This document shows, one piece after another, positions 51,001 through 60,290 of a DNA stretch of 64,000 nt (position 1 is the first letter of the stretch; each line of letters opens with the position of its first letter). Under the pieces are notes generated by a model. That model had not been told where the DNA came from. It made no database searches and worked only from the letters and a program-made list of their open reading frames with translations. Location: positions 64,001 to 128,000 of the forward strand of contig JBDRRF010000103.1 in assembly GCA_043825875.1 (NCBI GenBank), given 5' to 3'. This stretch comes from Pseudomonadota bacterium (GTDB lineage: Bacteria; Desulfobacterota; Desulfobacteria; Desulfobacterales; RPRI01). A program made the position numbers and the translations under genes.

Positions 51001-51142
51001 GAGCCAGTTTCCAAAAGCCCCATTTTGGCCGATATCTGCGTTGGGCTCAAATTTTAATCCTCGAAATACTCAATGTATTCCTGCGGTTGAAATTTTCGCC
51101 CGCCTTGAGCTTGACCAAACTGAAACGTTTTCAAAGTGGCTC
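51001..51142 (-). mobile_element. MITE-like repeat family A, copy 4 (short form, inverted)
   Basis: Reverse complement of copy 1 with a few substitutions. Confidence 0.85.
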
Positions 51143-51160
51143 TAAGGCAAAAACTTTTGC

Positions 51161-51817
51161 TTACACCAGCGCGTCTTTTACCGCTTCAAAACCTATCCGT
51201 TCAATCATTTTTCCAAGCCGTTCGCCTTTTTTGGCATTTTCCGAATAATACTTGATTACTTTCTCAATGGCCAAAAGGGCTTCATCATCACTTAAGTCAG
51301 TCAACAATTCCTGAGCAATTCGAGGTTTTGCGCCAACATTTCCACCTATAACAAGAGTCCAGCCTTTAGCTTTTCCAAACAAACCGATATCGCGAACCCA
51401 GGATTCGGCACAATTTATATTACATCCGGATACAGCCATTTTGAATTTTCCGGGAAGTTGCATCCCGTGATAAATTTCATCAAGCTTCATACCCATTCCT
51501 AATGAGTCCTGCTGGCCGACTTTGCAAAAAGTTGTACCGGGACAAGTACGAACACTTCGCACGCAAAGCCCAACAGCTGCACCTGGTTTCAAGCCAAGAT
51601 CTTTCCATACATTGTCAATATCTTCTTCCCGGATTCCTACCAGAGCAATTCGTGTTGCACCGGTAATTTTCATGGCCTGCACTTTGTATTTTTCAGCCAC
51701 ATCAGCAAGTTTTCGCAATATTTCCGGTGTTACTATCCCGCAGGGTGTATGTGCCGCAATAGCATAAGTTTCATTATCTCTTTGTATAATTGCACCTTTT
51801 TCGCCGAGTTTAAGCAT
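51161..51817 (-). CDS. Small nitrite/sulfite-reductase-like [4Fe-4S] protein
   Basis: GAIIQRD, TCPGTTFC, GKFKMAVSGC..NCAE, GERLG; ATG 51817 with AGGAGG. Confidence 0.85.
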   Translation of the reverse strand: MLKLGEKGAIIQRDNETYAIAAHTPCGIVTPEILRKLADVAEKYKVQAMKITGATRIALVGIREEDIDNVWKDLGLKPGAAVGLCVRSVRTCPGTTFCKVGQQDSLGMGMKLDEIYHGMQLPGKFKMAVSGCNINCAESWVRDIGLFGKAKGWTLVIGGNVGAKPRIAQELLTDLSDDEALLAIEKVIKYYSENAKKGERLGKMIERIGFEAVKDALV

Positions 51818-52038
51818 GAATCTCCTCCTGAAATCTATATGATGAAGTTGGCATAATCTTAATGAATACTGAAAAACGGGTACCTTCAAAAGCTGTATAT
51901 GTCAATATAAACTTCCTTTCGTGGTTGTTTGAATCGGGTTAGTTTTCAGGCAAACCGAAGCTGTGATAGGTCATAGTATGACTTGCGGTTTAATACCGAA
52001 TCATTTTAAAAATGAACGATCCGTATTCAGCAAAAAAC

Positions 52039-52803
52039 TTAAATAGTTTTATCCTCATCGACAAAATCAGGATATAGCAATTTGGCACAATCTTGGCAAA
52101 TGCCGTGAGTGAATTCGGCCTCAGAGTGATTCTTAATGTATGTTTCAATTTGGTTCCAGGAGCCCTTATCATCACGTATTTTTTTACAGTTAGCACAAAT
52201 CGGCAGGAGGCCTCGCAGGATTTTCAGTTTTTCTTCGGCTTTATTACGATCTTCTATCTCCTTAGATAACCGTGCATTTGCTTGCATTAACTCAAGTGTA
52301 CGTTCCTCAACTCTATTCTCCAATTCAGCATGTGCTTTTTTCAGTTTTTCCTCAGCTTGCTTGAGGATAGTTATATCTATACCCATACCTATCAGAAAAT
52401 TTTTATCATTGATTGTCATACGTAAAGCGGTAAAATAATATGGTACTTTTGAGCCGTTTTTGATTATAAGATCAGCTTGTGCATCAGATTTGCCTTTAGC
52501 AAAGCACTCTTTTGCTCTATCTGCAATTAGATCCTTATCCGAGCCATCAACCCAATCTAAAACATGTTTTTGTTTCATTTCTTCAGCGGAATACCCGGTC
52601 AATTCTTCGTGGTTCTTGTTCCAGCGAATGATGTTTCCATCCTCATCATAGAGATAAAAAATCCCGGGAAGACAATCAAGTACACTATTAGAGAAGTTTC
52701 TCTCAATTATTATATCTATCTCCATTTGCTTTAGGCAGGCAAGTTGTTTCTCCAACTCCTGAACCCTGTGCTCCAATTCCTCTTTGTTTAGCTTGCTGAC
52801 CAT
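52039..52803 (-). CDS. PAS-domain protein with coiled coil and C-terminal zinc ribbon
   Basis: WNKNHEELTGYS..E, DIT; ICANCKKIRDD.G.W...HGICQDC. Confidence 0.85.
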   Translation of the reverse strand: MVSKLNKEELEHRVQELEKQLACLKQMEIDIIIERNFSNSVLDCLPGIFYLYDEDGNIIRWNKNHEELTGYSAEEMKQKHVLDWVDGSDKDLIADRAKECFAKGKSDAQADLIIKNGSKVPYYFTALRMTINDKNFLIGMGIDITILKQAEEKLKKAHAELENRVEERTLELMQANARLSKEIEDRNKAEEKLKILRGLLPICANCKKIRDDKGSWNQIETYIKNHSEAEFTHGICQDCAKLLYPDFVDEDKTI

Positions 52804-53665
52804 TGCAGCACCCTCCGATTATGTGAAGTGTTTTGAAAACACATCATAGTAATCCCAGACACCGAAATGCTTTTAGAAATAGCCTCACCGTATCTGAAAA
52901 ATATCATTCTCGCTGTTAATCGAGTTTTCTGCTGGTAATCAATCTCTGTGTTCTGTAACAAATACAAAATCTCTTTGATTCTCATATAAAGCATTATACA
53001 TGAAAGCTATCAACGGTGGCAAAACAAAAAAAGATAAGATAGATTCTTATAAGATTGCCATGCTGATTAAAGGCGGCAATTTTTCGATAGCTTATCCGTA
53101 TCCGGCTAAAATACCCGCAGCCGATAAGGAAATGAGAACTTTATCGCATTAAACAGAGACAATAGGTTAGTGCCTAATGAATTACGTTTTTTAACATTGA
53201 CTTAGCTCTGTTTATAGATTATTTATAACCTTAGTTTTTCACAGACGCTTGCATTTATCATGTTAGAAAAGAGAACCCTCCTATTTGTGAACTTTGTTTT
53301 AAATTATTGAACCTAAATAACCTGGTGCAGGCTTAGCTCTTTATTATACAGAATGTATAAATGTCAGGGCTTTCAAGAATGATGAGACTTTCTATTGCAG
53401 ATGTATGTTTGTCGGTTAAGCATGATAAAAAACAACAGATTAGGCAGGCTTTTGTCTAATTGATGGGCAATATCTTTATGTATAAAGGGCGAGCCTAATC
53501 TACCCACGTCGGGACTAATATTCATATTGACATATTAGCCCACAGCAAAGTCATAATTATATTATACATAAACAGTAAGTTTTGTTGTTATCGATTACGG
53601 GTAGGTCTTCTTATAGCGTTCACAATATTCGTTCATATAATAACTGGTTATGTTTTCGAAAAGAA

Positions 53666-54016
53666 ATGATTAGAAAAGAAACGGCATTATTAAGCCTTTT
53701 TATAGCATCATTTGTAACAATCATTCATATTGGTTGGCGCAAATTTGGTGGTTTGATTTCTGGTGGTAGATATTCAGATTCCCACTCTTGGAATGAACTG
53801 ATCAACTATATACCGGAGTTTTTATTTTTTTTTGGTATCACATTCATAGGAATATTCATTTGGGAGAGTCGGAAAAAGAATAAGACGTATTTTAAATGTC
53901 CTGAATGCGGAAATGTAATAGCATCGCATGAAAACAATAGGCGTATTTGTCAAGTGTGTGGTGCAAGTTATGAATATCTTGAAGGCTATTTTAATAGGCA
54001 TCCTGAAAATAAGTAG
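53666..54016 (+). CDS. Cassette 1: two-TM protein with C-terminal zinc ribbon
   Basis: ATG 53666 just after GTTATGT; CPEC/CQVC. Confidence 0.7.
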   Translation: MIRKETALLSLFIASFVTIIHIGWRKFGGLISGGRYSDSHSWNELINYIPEFLFFFGITFIGIFIWESRKKNKTYFKCPECGNVIASHENNRRICQVCGASYEYLEGYFNRHPENK

Positions 54017-54040
54017 ACTCTTATTAGCATTAATATTTCA

Positions 54041-54097
54041 ACATAACCTCTGCGTTCTGTCGGACTCGCTTTGTTCGCCGCAGACGCAGGGTTAGTT
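54041..54097 (+). other. attC site 1 (intact, 57 bp)
   Basis: R'' ACATAAC, CTGCGT(T)CTG / CAGACGCAG with one extra base, R' GTTAGTT. Confidence 0.85.
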
Positions 54098-54126
54098 CTC
54101 ATCGCAATTTCACCATAGGGGTAGAG

Positions 54127-55104
54127 ATGATTGTTCCACGATACTGGTCGGAATCAAAGACAAAAAAAATTGTTGAGGGTCGGCAATTTACTATAAAAAG
54201 GTTTGGCTGGTCTGATCTTAGTGAGCAAGACGCAAAAGCTCATGCTGATGATAGACTAAAGGAAGCAGTAAAAACTCTTGAAACCGAAGGTGATGTCCGT
54301 CGAATTGATCACAAAACCTCATACAATGGTGCTGAAGGAATTCCAATTCGAGAAGAAGTAATATCAAAGCATCAGGATGTCATCATTTCAAGAAATTCGT
54401 ATGGTTCACTTTGCTTGAACACTCCTGATGTAATGTTTGCCGATATTGATTTTGAATATGAAGCCTCATTTAAGACACATGTTGTTGCTTTTATTTTTCT
54501 GTCTTTTTGTGCTGCTATAATAAGCTTATTTTTTAAATCGTGGTTAGCACTTTTCCTTAGCGCCATTGCCGTTCTCGTTTTTATTCCAACTATGGCTAAA
54601 CTAATACATAGAATGATACTTAGTTTAAATGGTGGATTCGAACGAAAAGCCATAGAAACAATCAAGAAGGTATCAATAGAGAGTCCCGAATTACATTTTC
54701 GACTATACAGAACTCCATTAGGGTTTAGGGTTCTTCTCATGAATGATACATATAGTCCTACCAGTGATACAGCCATTAACCTACTAAAGGATCTGCAATC
54801 AGACAGTATTTACGTCCAAATGTGTAAAAATCAAAATTGTTTTAGGGCTAGGGTAAGCCCAAAGCCTTGGAGAATTGGCATTGAGCGAATAAAACCACAG
54901 CCAGGTGTTTGGCCAATCAAAGAAGAACGGATGAAGGATCGTCGAGAGTGGGTAGACATGTATGAGAAAAAAGCTAAGAATTACTCTTCATGTCATTTTT
55001 TGATGCAACTGGGAAGTGTTAAAGTTTCCCCCAAAGCTGAATTCGTTAGGAAAATTCATGACGATTTATGCAAGGTGAGTAGTAGTGAACTTAGTACTGC
55101 TTGA
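54127..55104 (+). CDS. Cassette 2: conserved-looking hypothetical membrane protein
   Basis: 325 aa, two central TM helices, RNSYG.LCLNT.DV.FADID and FRARVSPKPWR motifs. Confidence 0.75.
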   Translation: MIVPRYWSESKTKKIVEGRQFTIKRFGWSDLSEQDAKAHADDRLKEAVKTLETEGDVRRIDHKTSYNGAEGIPIREEVISKHQDVIISRNSYGSLCLNTPDVMFADIDFEYEASFKTHVVAFIFLSFCAAIISLFFKSWLALFLSAIAVLVFIPTMAKLIHRMILSLNGGFERKAIETIKKVSIESPELHFRLYRTPLGFRVLLMNDTYSPTSDTAINLLKDLQSDSIYVQMCKNQNCFRARVSPKPWRIGIERIKPQPGVWPIKEERMKDRREWVDMYEKKAKNYSSCHFLMQLGSVKVSPKAEFVRKIHDDLCKVSSSELSTA

Positions 55105-55107
55105 AAG

Positions 55108-55231
55108 AACTAACGATTTGCTGGTGAGGGACCGAGAAAAACTGTGGGCTTTTCAAAAGCCGTGCTTGGCTTTAGTTTTGTGCGTTTTACCATTACCGAA
55201 AGGCAACAGCCCCCGGCTTTCCCGGTGTGTC
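55108..55231 (+). other. attC site 2 (right end decayed)
   Basis: R'' AACTAAC; ACCGAGAAAAACTGTGGGCT pairs imperfectly with AGCCCCCGGCTTTCCCGGT; no intact R'. Confidence 0.55.
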
Positions 55232-55267
55232 ATATTGTAACCGAAAAAAGTATAGGCAAGGATTAAA

Positions 55268-55753
55268 ATGGCAACCAAAAAAATAAAAGAATATGGCTTG
55301 AAGGTCATTTCTGGATTTTTTAGCGGCATTGGTTTTGCGATTGCTATCGTATTGATTTTGTCAATTCAAGGCTACATTACCGAGAAATTTGTTAAAGAGG
55401 CCAAAGAGGAAATAGAGGTTGAACGCTTTGTACCACCAGAACGTATAGAGTTTGATGAGAACTCTGGCTTGATCATTACAAATCATGAATCTCAAAAGTA
55501 TGAAAAGAAATTTGTCATTATCGGTCAAGTAAAGAACGGCGGTGAAAATTCTTGGCGACATGTCAGCTTAGATGCTGAATTATTCAATTCAGAAAAGAAG
55601 TTTGTGGACCGATGTTCAACCTATATTTCAGGCACAATGAAGCCCAATGAATTAAGAAATTTTATAATTACATGCGGTGGCTGTGATGATGCACCATTAA
55701 TCGATTTTAACACTTATGAGGTCAATGTTGTAGACGCTTTTTATACTAAATAG
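55268..55753 (+). CDS. Cassette 3: membrane-anchored FxLYD-like domain protein
   Basis: N-terminal TM; IIGQVKN...V.LDAELFNSEKKFVD...MKPNE.RNF. Confidence 0.65.
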   Translation: MATKKIKEYGLKVISGFFSGIGFAIAIVLILSIQGYITEKFVKEAKEEIEVERFVPPERIEFDENSGLIITNHESQKYEKKFVIIGQVKNGGENSWRHVSLDAELFNSEKKFVDRCSTYISGTMKPNELRNFIITCGGCDDAPLIDFNTYEVNVVDAFYTK

Positions 55754-55756
55754 GCC

Positions 55757-55830
55757 ACATAACAATTGGCTTTACTTTACTTAGGACTCGGACAAAGAGC
55801 AGCTCTCGCCGGTAAGCCACAGCATTAAAT
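55757..55830 (+). other. attC site 3 (degenerate)
   Basis: R'' ACATAAC, TGGCTTTAC / GTAAGCCA, R' ATTAAAT (G to A). Confidence 0.7.
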
Positions 55831-55833
55831 TAC

Positions 55834-56279
55834 ATGGATAATGTCGTTGAAAAATATAAATCTTTAAATCCTGATGCCATGAAAAAGCTCAAGTATATTT
55901 ATGTGAATATGCGCTACTTGTATGGAAAGATTTTTGCTCTAAAGGTAAAAAGCTCAAATATCGAGATTCTGTCGTAGGTATGAAACATATTGTAGATACT
56001 GTTCTACCTGAAACAGCACTAAATGCAGTAAAAAGTGGGATTGCAGACGAAGATATAAATATTCAGTACCAAGAGCCAATTGTAGCTTTACAAGATTTAG
56101 ATTGGGAGCCGCCAGAAAACATTGAGTACGCATATTATGCAATATATAACTTGTATCGTAAGTATATCAATAATGAATATATTGATGATTGGATTATTGC
56201 AAATCAAGCTTTATCCTCAATAGAAGAAAAGAAAAATATAAAACAGATTTTAATTGAAGCCGTTGAAAATGTAATTTAA
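55834..56279 (+). pseudogene. Cassette 4: frameshifted hypothetical gene
   Basis: ATG 55834 (MDNVVEKYKSLNPD) is out of frame with the open frame EKAQVYLCEYALLVW...YRDSVVGMKHIVD that ends at 56279; shift near 55875. Confidence 0.55.
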
Positions 56280-56359
56280 AAATTTATTGAGCAGAAGGGA
56301 ATTACTTTGGTTCTTGCTTTTTAAAACCTTTTGGCCTGCTGCTCATAAAGCCGTTAAGT
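56274..56359 (+). other. attC site 4 (degenerate)
   Basis: R'' ATTTAAA (AAC to AAA), TTTATTGAGCAG / CTGCTCATAAA, R' GTTAAGT. Confidence 0.7.
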
Positions 56360-56375
56360 TTCATTAAGTAAAAAT

Positions 56376-56777
56376 ATGTCTGATAAAAGCATCTTGAAAT
56401 GCCCAAGCTGTCATAAGGAATTAAAATGGTTACCAAAAGGTAAGCATATATGCAGTTGTGGAGAAATTATAAGCACGACTGGAGAAGATCTAAAAGAATT
56501 CGCATTATCTGAATTTAAAATGTCATTTAAGGATAGGTTGCCAAGTTTCATTGAAGTGCAATTAATTTTCGCAATTATATTAATTGTTGCAGTCTTTGTT
56601 ATAAGGGTTCTGTATCAAAAACAATGGCTCCAATTTGAAGCTGACTTTTTGTTTAAAACTTTTGGGGTTGACCCTACAGATTATAAAGAATTTATTGCTC
56701 CTTTTACCGTAGCGGCATTTATAGTGGTTTGGATCTCTTATAAAATTATAAAGAGACTAAAAAAGAGAAAAACATAA
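56376..56777 (+). CDS. Cassette 5: zinc-ribbon plus two-TM protein
   Basis: CPSC...CSC, two hydrophobic helices; stop codon lies inside the R'' box. Confidence 0.7.
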   Translation: MSDKSILKCPSCHKELKWLPKGKHICSCGEIISTTGEDLKEFALSEFKMSFKDRLPSFIEVQLIFAIILIVAVFVIRVLYQKQWLQFEADFLFKTFGVDPTDYKEFIAPFTVAAFIVVWISYKIIKRLKKRKT

Positions 56778-56836
56778 CATGCGGTTTCACAAAGGACCGC
56801 TCGTACCTCGCGGCCTATGAACTAAGAGAGTTAAAT
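56772..56836 (+). other. attC site 5
   Basis: R'' ACATAAC, GTTTCA / TGAAC, AGGACCGC / GCGGCCT, R' GTTAAAT. Confidence 0.78.
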
Positions 56837-56854
56837 ATATACTTCTAAAGGATA

Positions 56855-57079
56855 ATGATGGCAAATATCAAAAAACAATACAAAAGGATTTATTGCCCGG
56901 TAATCAAGAGTGATGTCAAAATAGAATATCATTTTGTATTAGTGGATGATGCAATAATTGGAAAGCCTCACATGAGAGGTTGCGATTCAAAGAATAAATG
57001 TGACGTTGAAGATAAACAAGCAATCGGTATTGAAAGCTACAAATGGGACGAATGCCCACTATATCGCGAGTCTCCTTAA
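56855..57079 (+). CDS. Cassette 6: small four-Cys protein
   Basis: RBS AAGGA; YCP, GC....C, ECP. Confidence 0.6.
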   Translation: MMANIKKQYKRIYCPVIKSDVKIEYHFVLVDDAIIGKPHMRGCDSKNKCDVEDKQAIGIESYKWDECPLYRESP

Positions 57080-57155
57080 AATACTTAAACTATGCTCTTT
57101 TAAAAGAAAGTTGTTCAGGACGAATCCTCAACCAATAGGATACAATATTTGCACC

Positions 57156-57533
57156 ATGAACGACGATGTAATTATACAAATAATGCGGGAACACTTTGAG
57201 GGTCTTTTTCCAAAAGTTTGCACTCTATGCGGCCGTCGTTTTGCAACGCTTAAGGAATACATACTTAATACCAAACGCATCGGAGCAACTATCTTCTACG
57301 ATGCAGAATTAGAAAATTGGGAAACAACTCAGCCGATCGGTGCTGTGGCACTTGCAAACTGTGCTTGTGGCACCACGCTGGCACTTACCACCGGAGGTAT
57401 GCCGATTTCACAAATCCATTTGATGTTGAAATGGATAAAAGAGGAAACTCAACGTCGAGGCATGAGCTCAGTGGAAATAGCAGATTATGTTCGCGATGAA
57501 ATTCACAAAAGAGTACTGGCAGAGATAGTATAA
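57156..57533 (+). CDS. Hypothetical Cys-containing protein
   Basis: FPKVCTLCG, ANCACGTTL; start ATG 57156. Confidence 0.65.
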   Translation: MNDDVIIQIMREHFEGLFPKVCTLCGRRFATLKEYILNTKRIGATIFYDAELENWETTQPIGAVALANCACGTTLALTTGGMPISQIHLMLKWIKEETQRRGMSSVEIADYVRDEIHKRVLAEIV

Positions 57534-57555
57534 AAAAGATATTAGGAGGATAACA

Positions 57556-57792
57556 ATGCGTTTGTTTTGTATTTTGCTAACCTTATTATGGTTAATTGTT
57601 TCGCCTTCAATGCTTTGCGCCAATGAGGCGCAGACCGCAAAGGAAGGCTTTAAAGATATTCACCGGGGTTTGAAGAAGATTACGAATTCAGTGGACAAAA
57701 AGGCCACAAAAGGTGTTAAGGCCATTGACAAGAAAGCCAAAACGCTCTTGAAAAAGGCCGATAGAGATGTAAAGAAAACCACCAGGAATTAA
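57556..57792 (+). CDS. Small secreted basic protein
   Basis: AGGAGG RBS, signal peptide, Lys-rich amphipathic repeats. Confidence 0.6.
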   Translation: MRLFCILLTLLWLIVSPSMLCANEAQTAKEGFKDIHRGLKKITNSVDKKATKGVKAIDKKAKTLLKKADRDVKKTTRN

Positions 57793-57798
57793 TTGAGA

Positions 57799-57962
57799 GC
57801 GCCAGTTTCAAAACGCCCCATTTTGGCCGATCTCTGCGTTGGGCTCAAATTTCGCACGAAGTGAAGCATTAGCGCTATCCTCGAAATACTCTATGTATTC
57901 CTGTGGTTGAAATTTTCTCCCGCCTTGAGCTTGACCAAACTGAAACGTTTTGAAAGTGGCTC
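57799..57962 (-). mobile_element. MITE-like repeat family A, copy 5 (long form, inverted)
   Basis: Reverse complement of copy 2 with a few substitutions. Confidence 0.85.
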
Positions 57963-58023
57963 GAGAGAGTAAAGAGGGTTGAATTTCAATTTTATATAAC
58001 AATTTAGAGATATAACTATAATA

Positions 58024-58713
58024 ATGATACTATCAATGAAAACTAATTGGCTTTTTTATCTCATAATCTTATCCCTTCTATTTGGTTGCGCCCCGAAAGA
58101 AAATGAATTTTTTGGAGAAGTCTTTTTTGTCACGAAAAAAGGGCAAAAGATACAACTCAGTCTTGTTGAGATTTCTATTATTGATTATGACAAAATGAAT
58201 ATTTTTGCTCAAGATAGAATGCAATCTGCCAAACAAGAAATTGAACGGCTGAAGCCCATAATATTCAGGACACAGCAAGAATACAAAAAAATGCGCCAAT
58301 CTAAAGAAAAATTCTATCGTGTTTATTTGGACAATATTTACAGCCATAGATATAGTAAAAAGTATCAAGATCTGTTAGCTTCTATTTCTAAAAAAAGGAG
58401 CGAACTTAATCGATTGCTAACCAGTTATAACAGTTATTCTAAGGGAACATACTTTTTTGCCGGACTCCCAAAGCCAACTCTATCCACCAAAACAGATGCT
58501 GGTGGAAAATTTATTTTAAAATTAAAACCAGGTAAATATGCTATTGTGGCAAATACTTCTCAAAAGGATGGAAAATCCGATAAAGATTATTATTGGTTCA
58601 TTTCGTTTGATACAGAAAAAGGTTCTCAACAAAAAATCATTTTAAGCAATGATAATTTGTTTGGATCTGAATGTGAATCTTGTATCTTTAATCTTTCTAA
58701 ACTTCCATATTAA
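58024..58713 (+). CDS. Hypothetical lipoprotein
   Basis: Lipobox LFGC; TKTDAGGKF...PGKY motif. Confidence 0.7.
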   Translation: MILSMKTNWLFYLIILSLLFGCAPKENEFFGEVFFVTKKGQKIQLSLVEISIIDYDKMNIFAQDRMQSAKQEIERLKPIIFRTQQEYKKMRQSKEKFYRVYLDNIYSHRYSKKYQDLLASISKKRSELNRLLTSYNSYSKGTYFFAGLPKPTLSTKTDAGGKFILKLKPGKYAIVANTSQKDGKSDKDYYWFISFDTEKGSQQKIILSNDNLFGSECESCIFNLSKLPY

Positions 58714-58875
58714 ATATACCATAAACAGACGCTCAAGCTTATGCTCATTGTATATTTATTTCATATGTAACTATTTCCGATTGGGTACTTTGTACACATA
58801 TCCTCTATGTTTTTTCCAAAGATTGAAGCTCATATCATCTTGATTTTCCATAAGTTTTTATGAAAACCGTCCTGA

Positions 58876-58891
58876 TGGCATGACAGTTGCT
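58876..58891 (+). promoter_or_regulatory. Sigma54 (-24/-12) promoter
   Basis: TGGCAT-GACAG-TTGCT, about 60 bp upstream of ATG 58953. Confidence 0.65.
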
Positions 58892-58952
58892 CATAACTTA
58901 TACTAAAGGCGCGAATAAACTTTAAACCATAAGGAAACAAGGAGGTGAATTT

Positions 58953-59297
58953 ATGAGAATAGCCAAAGCAATGATAATCACAGTAATGTTTGGAATAGCA
59001 ATTGGTTTATTCCCGAAAACCAGTTCGGCTCGCGATGTATCGGTGGGAATTTCTTTGGGCATACCTGTTCCTTTCTTAAAAGTCTACCACGCATTGCCCT
59101 CTCCGCCACCCCCACCGTGGGCATTTTATAAAAATCGCTCATATTATCGAAAAGCAGATACTAATAGAACGTGCTTTCAAAACGACAGAGATTATAAATA
59201 CCGTGGTGAAGTGCACGGATATAACAAGCAAGAAGAGAGGCAAAATAGATATGACCATAACAATGGTTATCGTGAACAAAGACCCCGTAAAAGGTAA
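58953..59297 (+). CDS. Small secreted Pro-rich protein
   Basis: AAGGAGGT RBS, signal peptide (SSA), VSVGISLG.P, poly-Pro. Confidence 0.7.
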   Translation: MRIAKAMIITVMFGIAIGLFPKTSSARDVSVGISLGIPVPFLKVYHALPSPPPPPWAFYKNRSYYRKADTNRTCFQNDRDYKYRGEVHGYNKQEERQNRYDHNNGYREQRPRKR

Positions 59298-59393
59298 TTA
59301 TGTACTAGTGGAAAGTTTATAAAAAGGGACAAGCCGGGGGTATCCAAAAAATAACTTCGGCAAATAGCGAAGGCTCCCTCTTAAGCCGACATT

Positions 59394-59426
59394 GGCCGCC
59401 TGTCTAATAAAAGCAGGCGGCTTTTT
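59394..59426 (+). terminator. Rho-independent terminator
   Basis: GCCGCCTG...CAGGCGGC-TTTTT between convergent genes. Confidence 0.7.
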
Positions 59427-59460
59427 ACTTCCTAATCTATGTTAAACACTATATGTCATC

Positions 59461-60273
59461 TTATTTATTATAAATCCTCATAACAGCTTCTATCACGGAA
59501 CCGGCGATAGCCATAGCTTTATCTGAAATCGTATCGCAGTAACCAATGTCCGCTCTTGGGTCTATATCTCCTACTTTCATGTTTTTGGTTACTTTCGTGC
59601 CCGGACGGATTAGCCCGCGAATTACACCATCGATACCTGCCACAAGCCCAGCACCAACAACATTTGCAATTACTTCTCCGCTTTTTACTATATCTCCGAT
59701 ATCGTGTCTTGCTTCAAATACGCCATCAGCAGGCGCTCTTAACAATCTTTCTTTGGTGTATCCACCGATATTACCGGGTATTCCCGTATCCGGTGTGGGT
59801 TTACCGGAAGTAATAATTCTTCCAAGATAATGGCCTCTTTTGGTTTCTATAACCATGTGAACATCATCCCCACCGCAAAAACCCGGACCAAGCCCTATAA
59901 CAAGGTCGGCTTCAGATTTCTTTGTGCCTAAATTCTTCTTTGCTAAAATGGCATCTACTAAAACATTCGGCCTCAATGCTTCTATTGTTTTCCATTCAGG
60001 ATCAACTACAACGGCGATTTTTCCATTATCCCAGATTTGTTGAACATCTTCAAAACCACTGGCTTTTAACGCTTCGACACCTTCTATGGTTTTGTGCCCT
60101 TCGTGGACAGCTTCGCAAAAACACACACCTCTTCTTACTGCAAGAGGGTAGGGGATTTCCATCATGAATATCTTTTTGAAATTAGCCATGTAAAGCCGCC
60201 ATGCAACAGCACTGGCCATATCTCCTGCACCTTTGATACCTATTGTCAGTTGATTCAATATAGTCTGAGACAT
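59461..60273 (-). CDS. yqeB: Selenium-dependent molybdenum hydroxylase system protein YqeB
   Basis: KGAGDMAS, P.AVRR, DAILAKKNLGT, GLGPGF, ETKRGH.LG, KVGDIDPR, ISDKA. Confidence 0.9.
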   Translation of the reverse strand: MSQTILNQLTIGIKGAGDMASAVAWRLYMANFKKIFMMEIPYPLAVRRGVCFCEAVHEGHKTIEGVEALKASGFEDVQQIWDNGKIAVVVDPEWKTIEALRPNVLVDAILAKKNLGTKKSEADLVIGLGPGFCGGDDVHMVIETKRGHYLGRIITSGKPTPDTGIPGNIGGYTKERLLRAPADGVFEARHDIGDIVKSGEVIANVVGAGLVAGIDGVIRGLIRPGTKVTKNMKVGDIDPRADIGYCDTISDKAMAIAGSVIEAVMRIYNK

Positions 60274-60290
60274 ATAAAATCTTCCTTGTA

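Larger units (their letters stand above)
53647..57090 (+). mobile_element. Integron gene-cassette array lacking an integrase (CALIN), about six cassettes
   Basis: Co-oriented small unrelated ORFs separated by attC-like palindromes; several cassettes have 5' cores complementary to their own 3' R'' box. Confidence 0.8.

Noticed and set aside
48382..51817. Selenocysteine recoding in the redox genes (prompted by yqeB)
   Set aside because: No in-frame TGA at Cys positions in the glutaredoxin, rubredoxin or reductase
51940..51990. Possible c-di-GMP-I riboswitch (GGCAAACC) or regulator site (GTCATAGTATGAC palindrome)
   Set aside because: Remaining riboswitch motifs are missing and it is antisense to the downstream gene; the palindrome cannot be assigned to a regulator
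52994..53640. Integron integrase upstream of the cassette array
   Set aside because: No long ORF or tyrosine-recombinase motif recognised; a heavily decayed remnant cannot be excluded without tblastn
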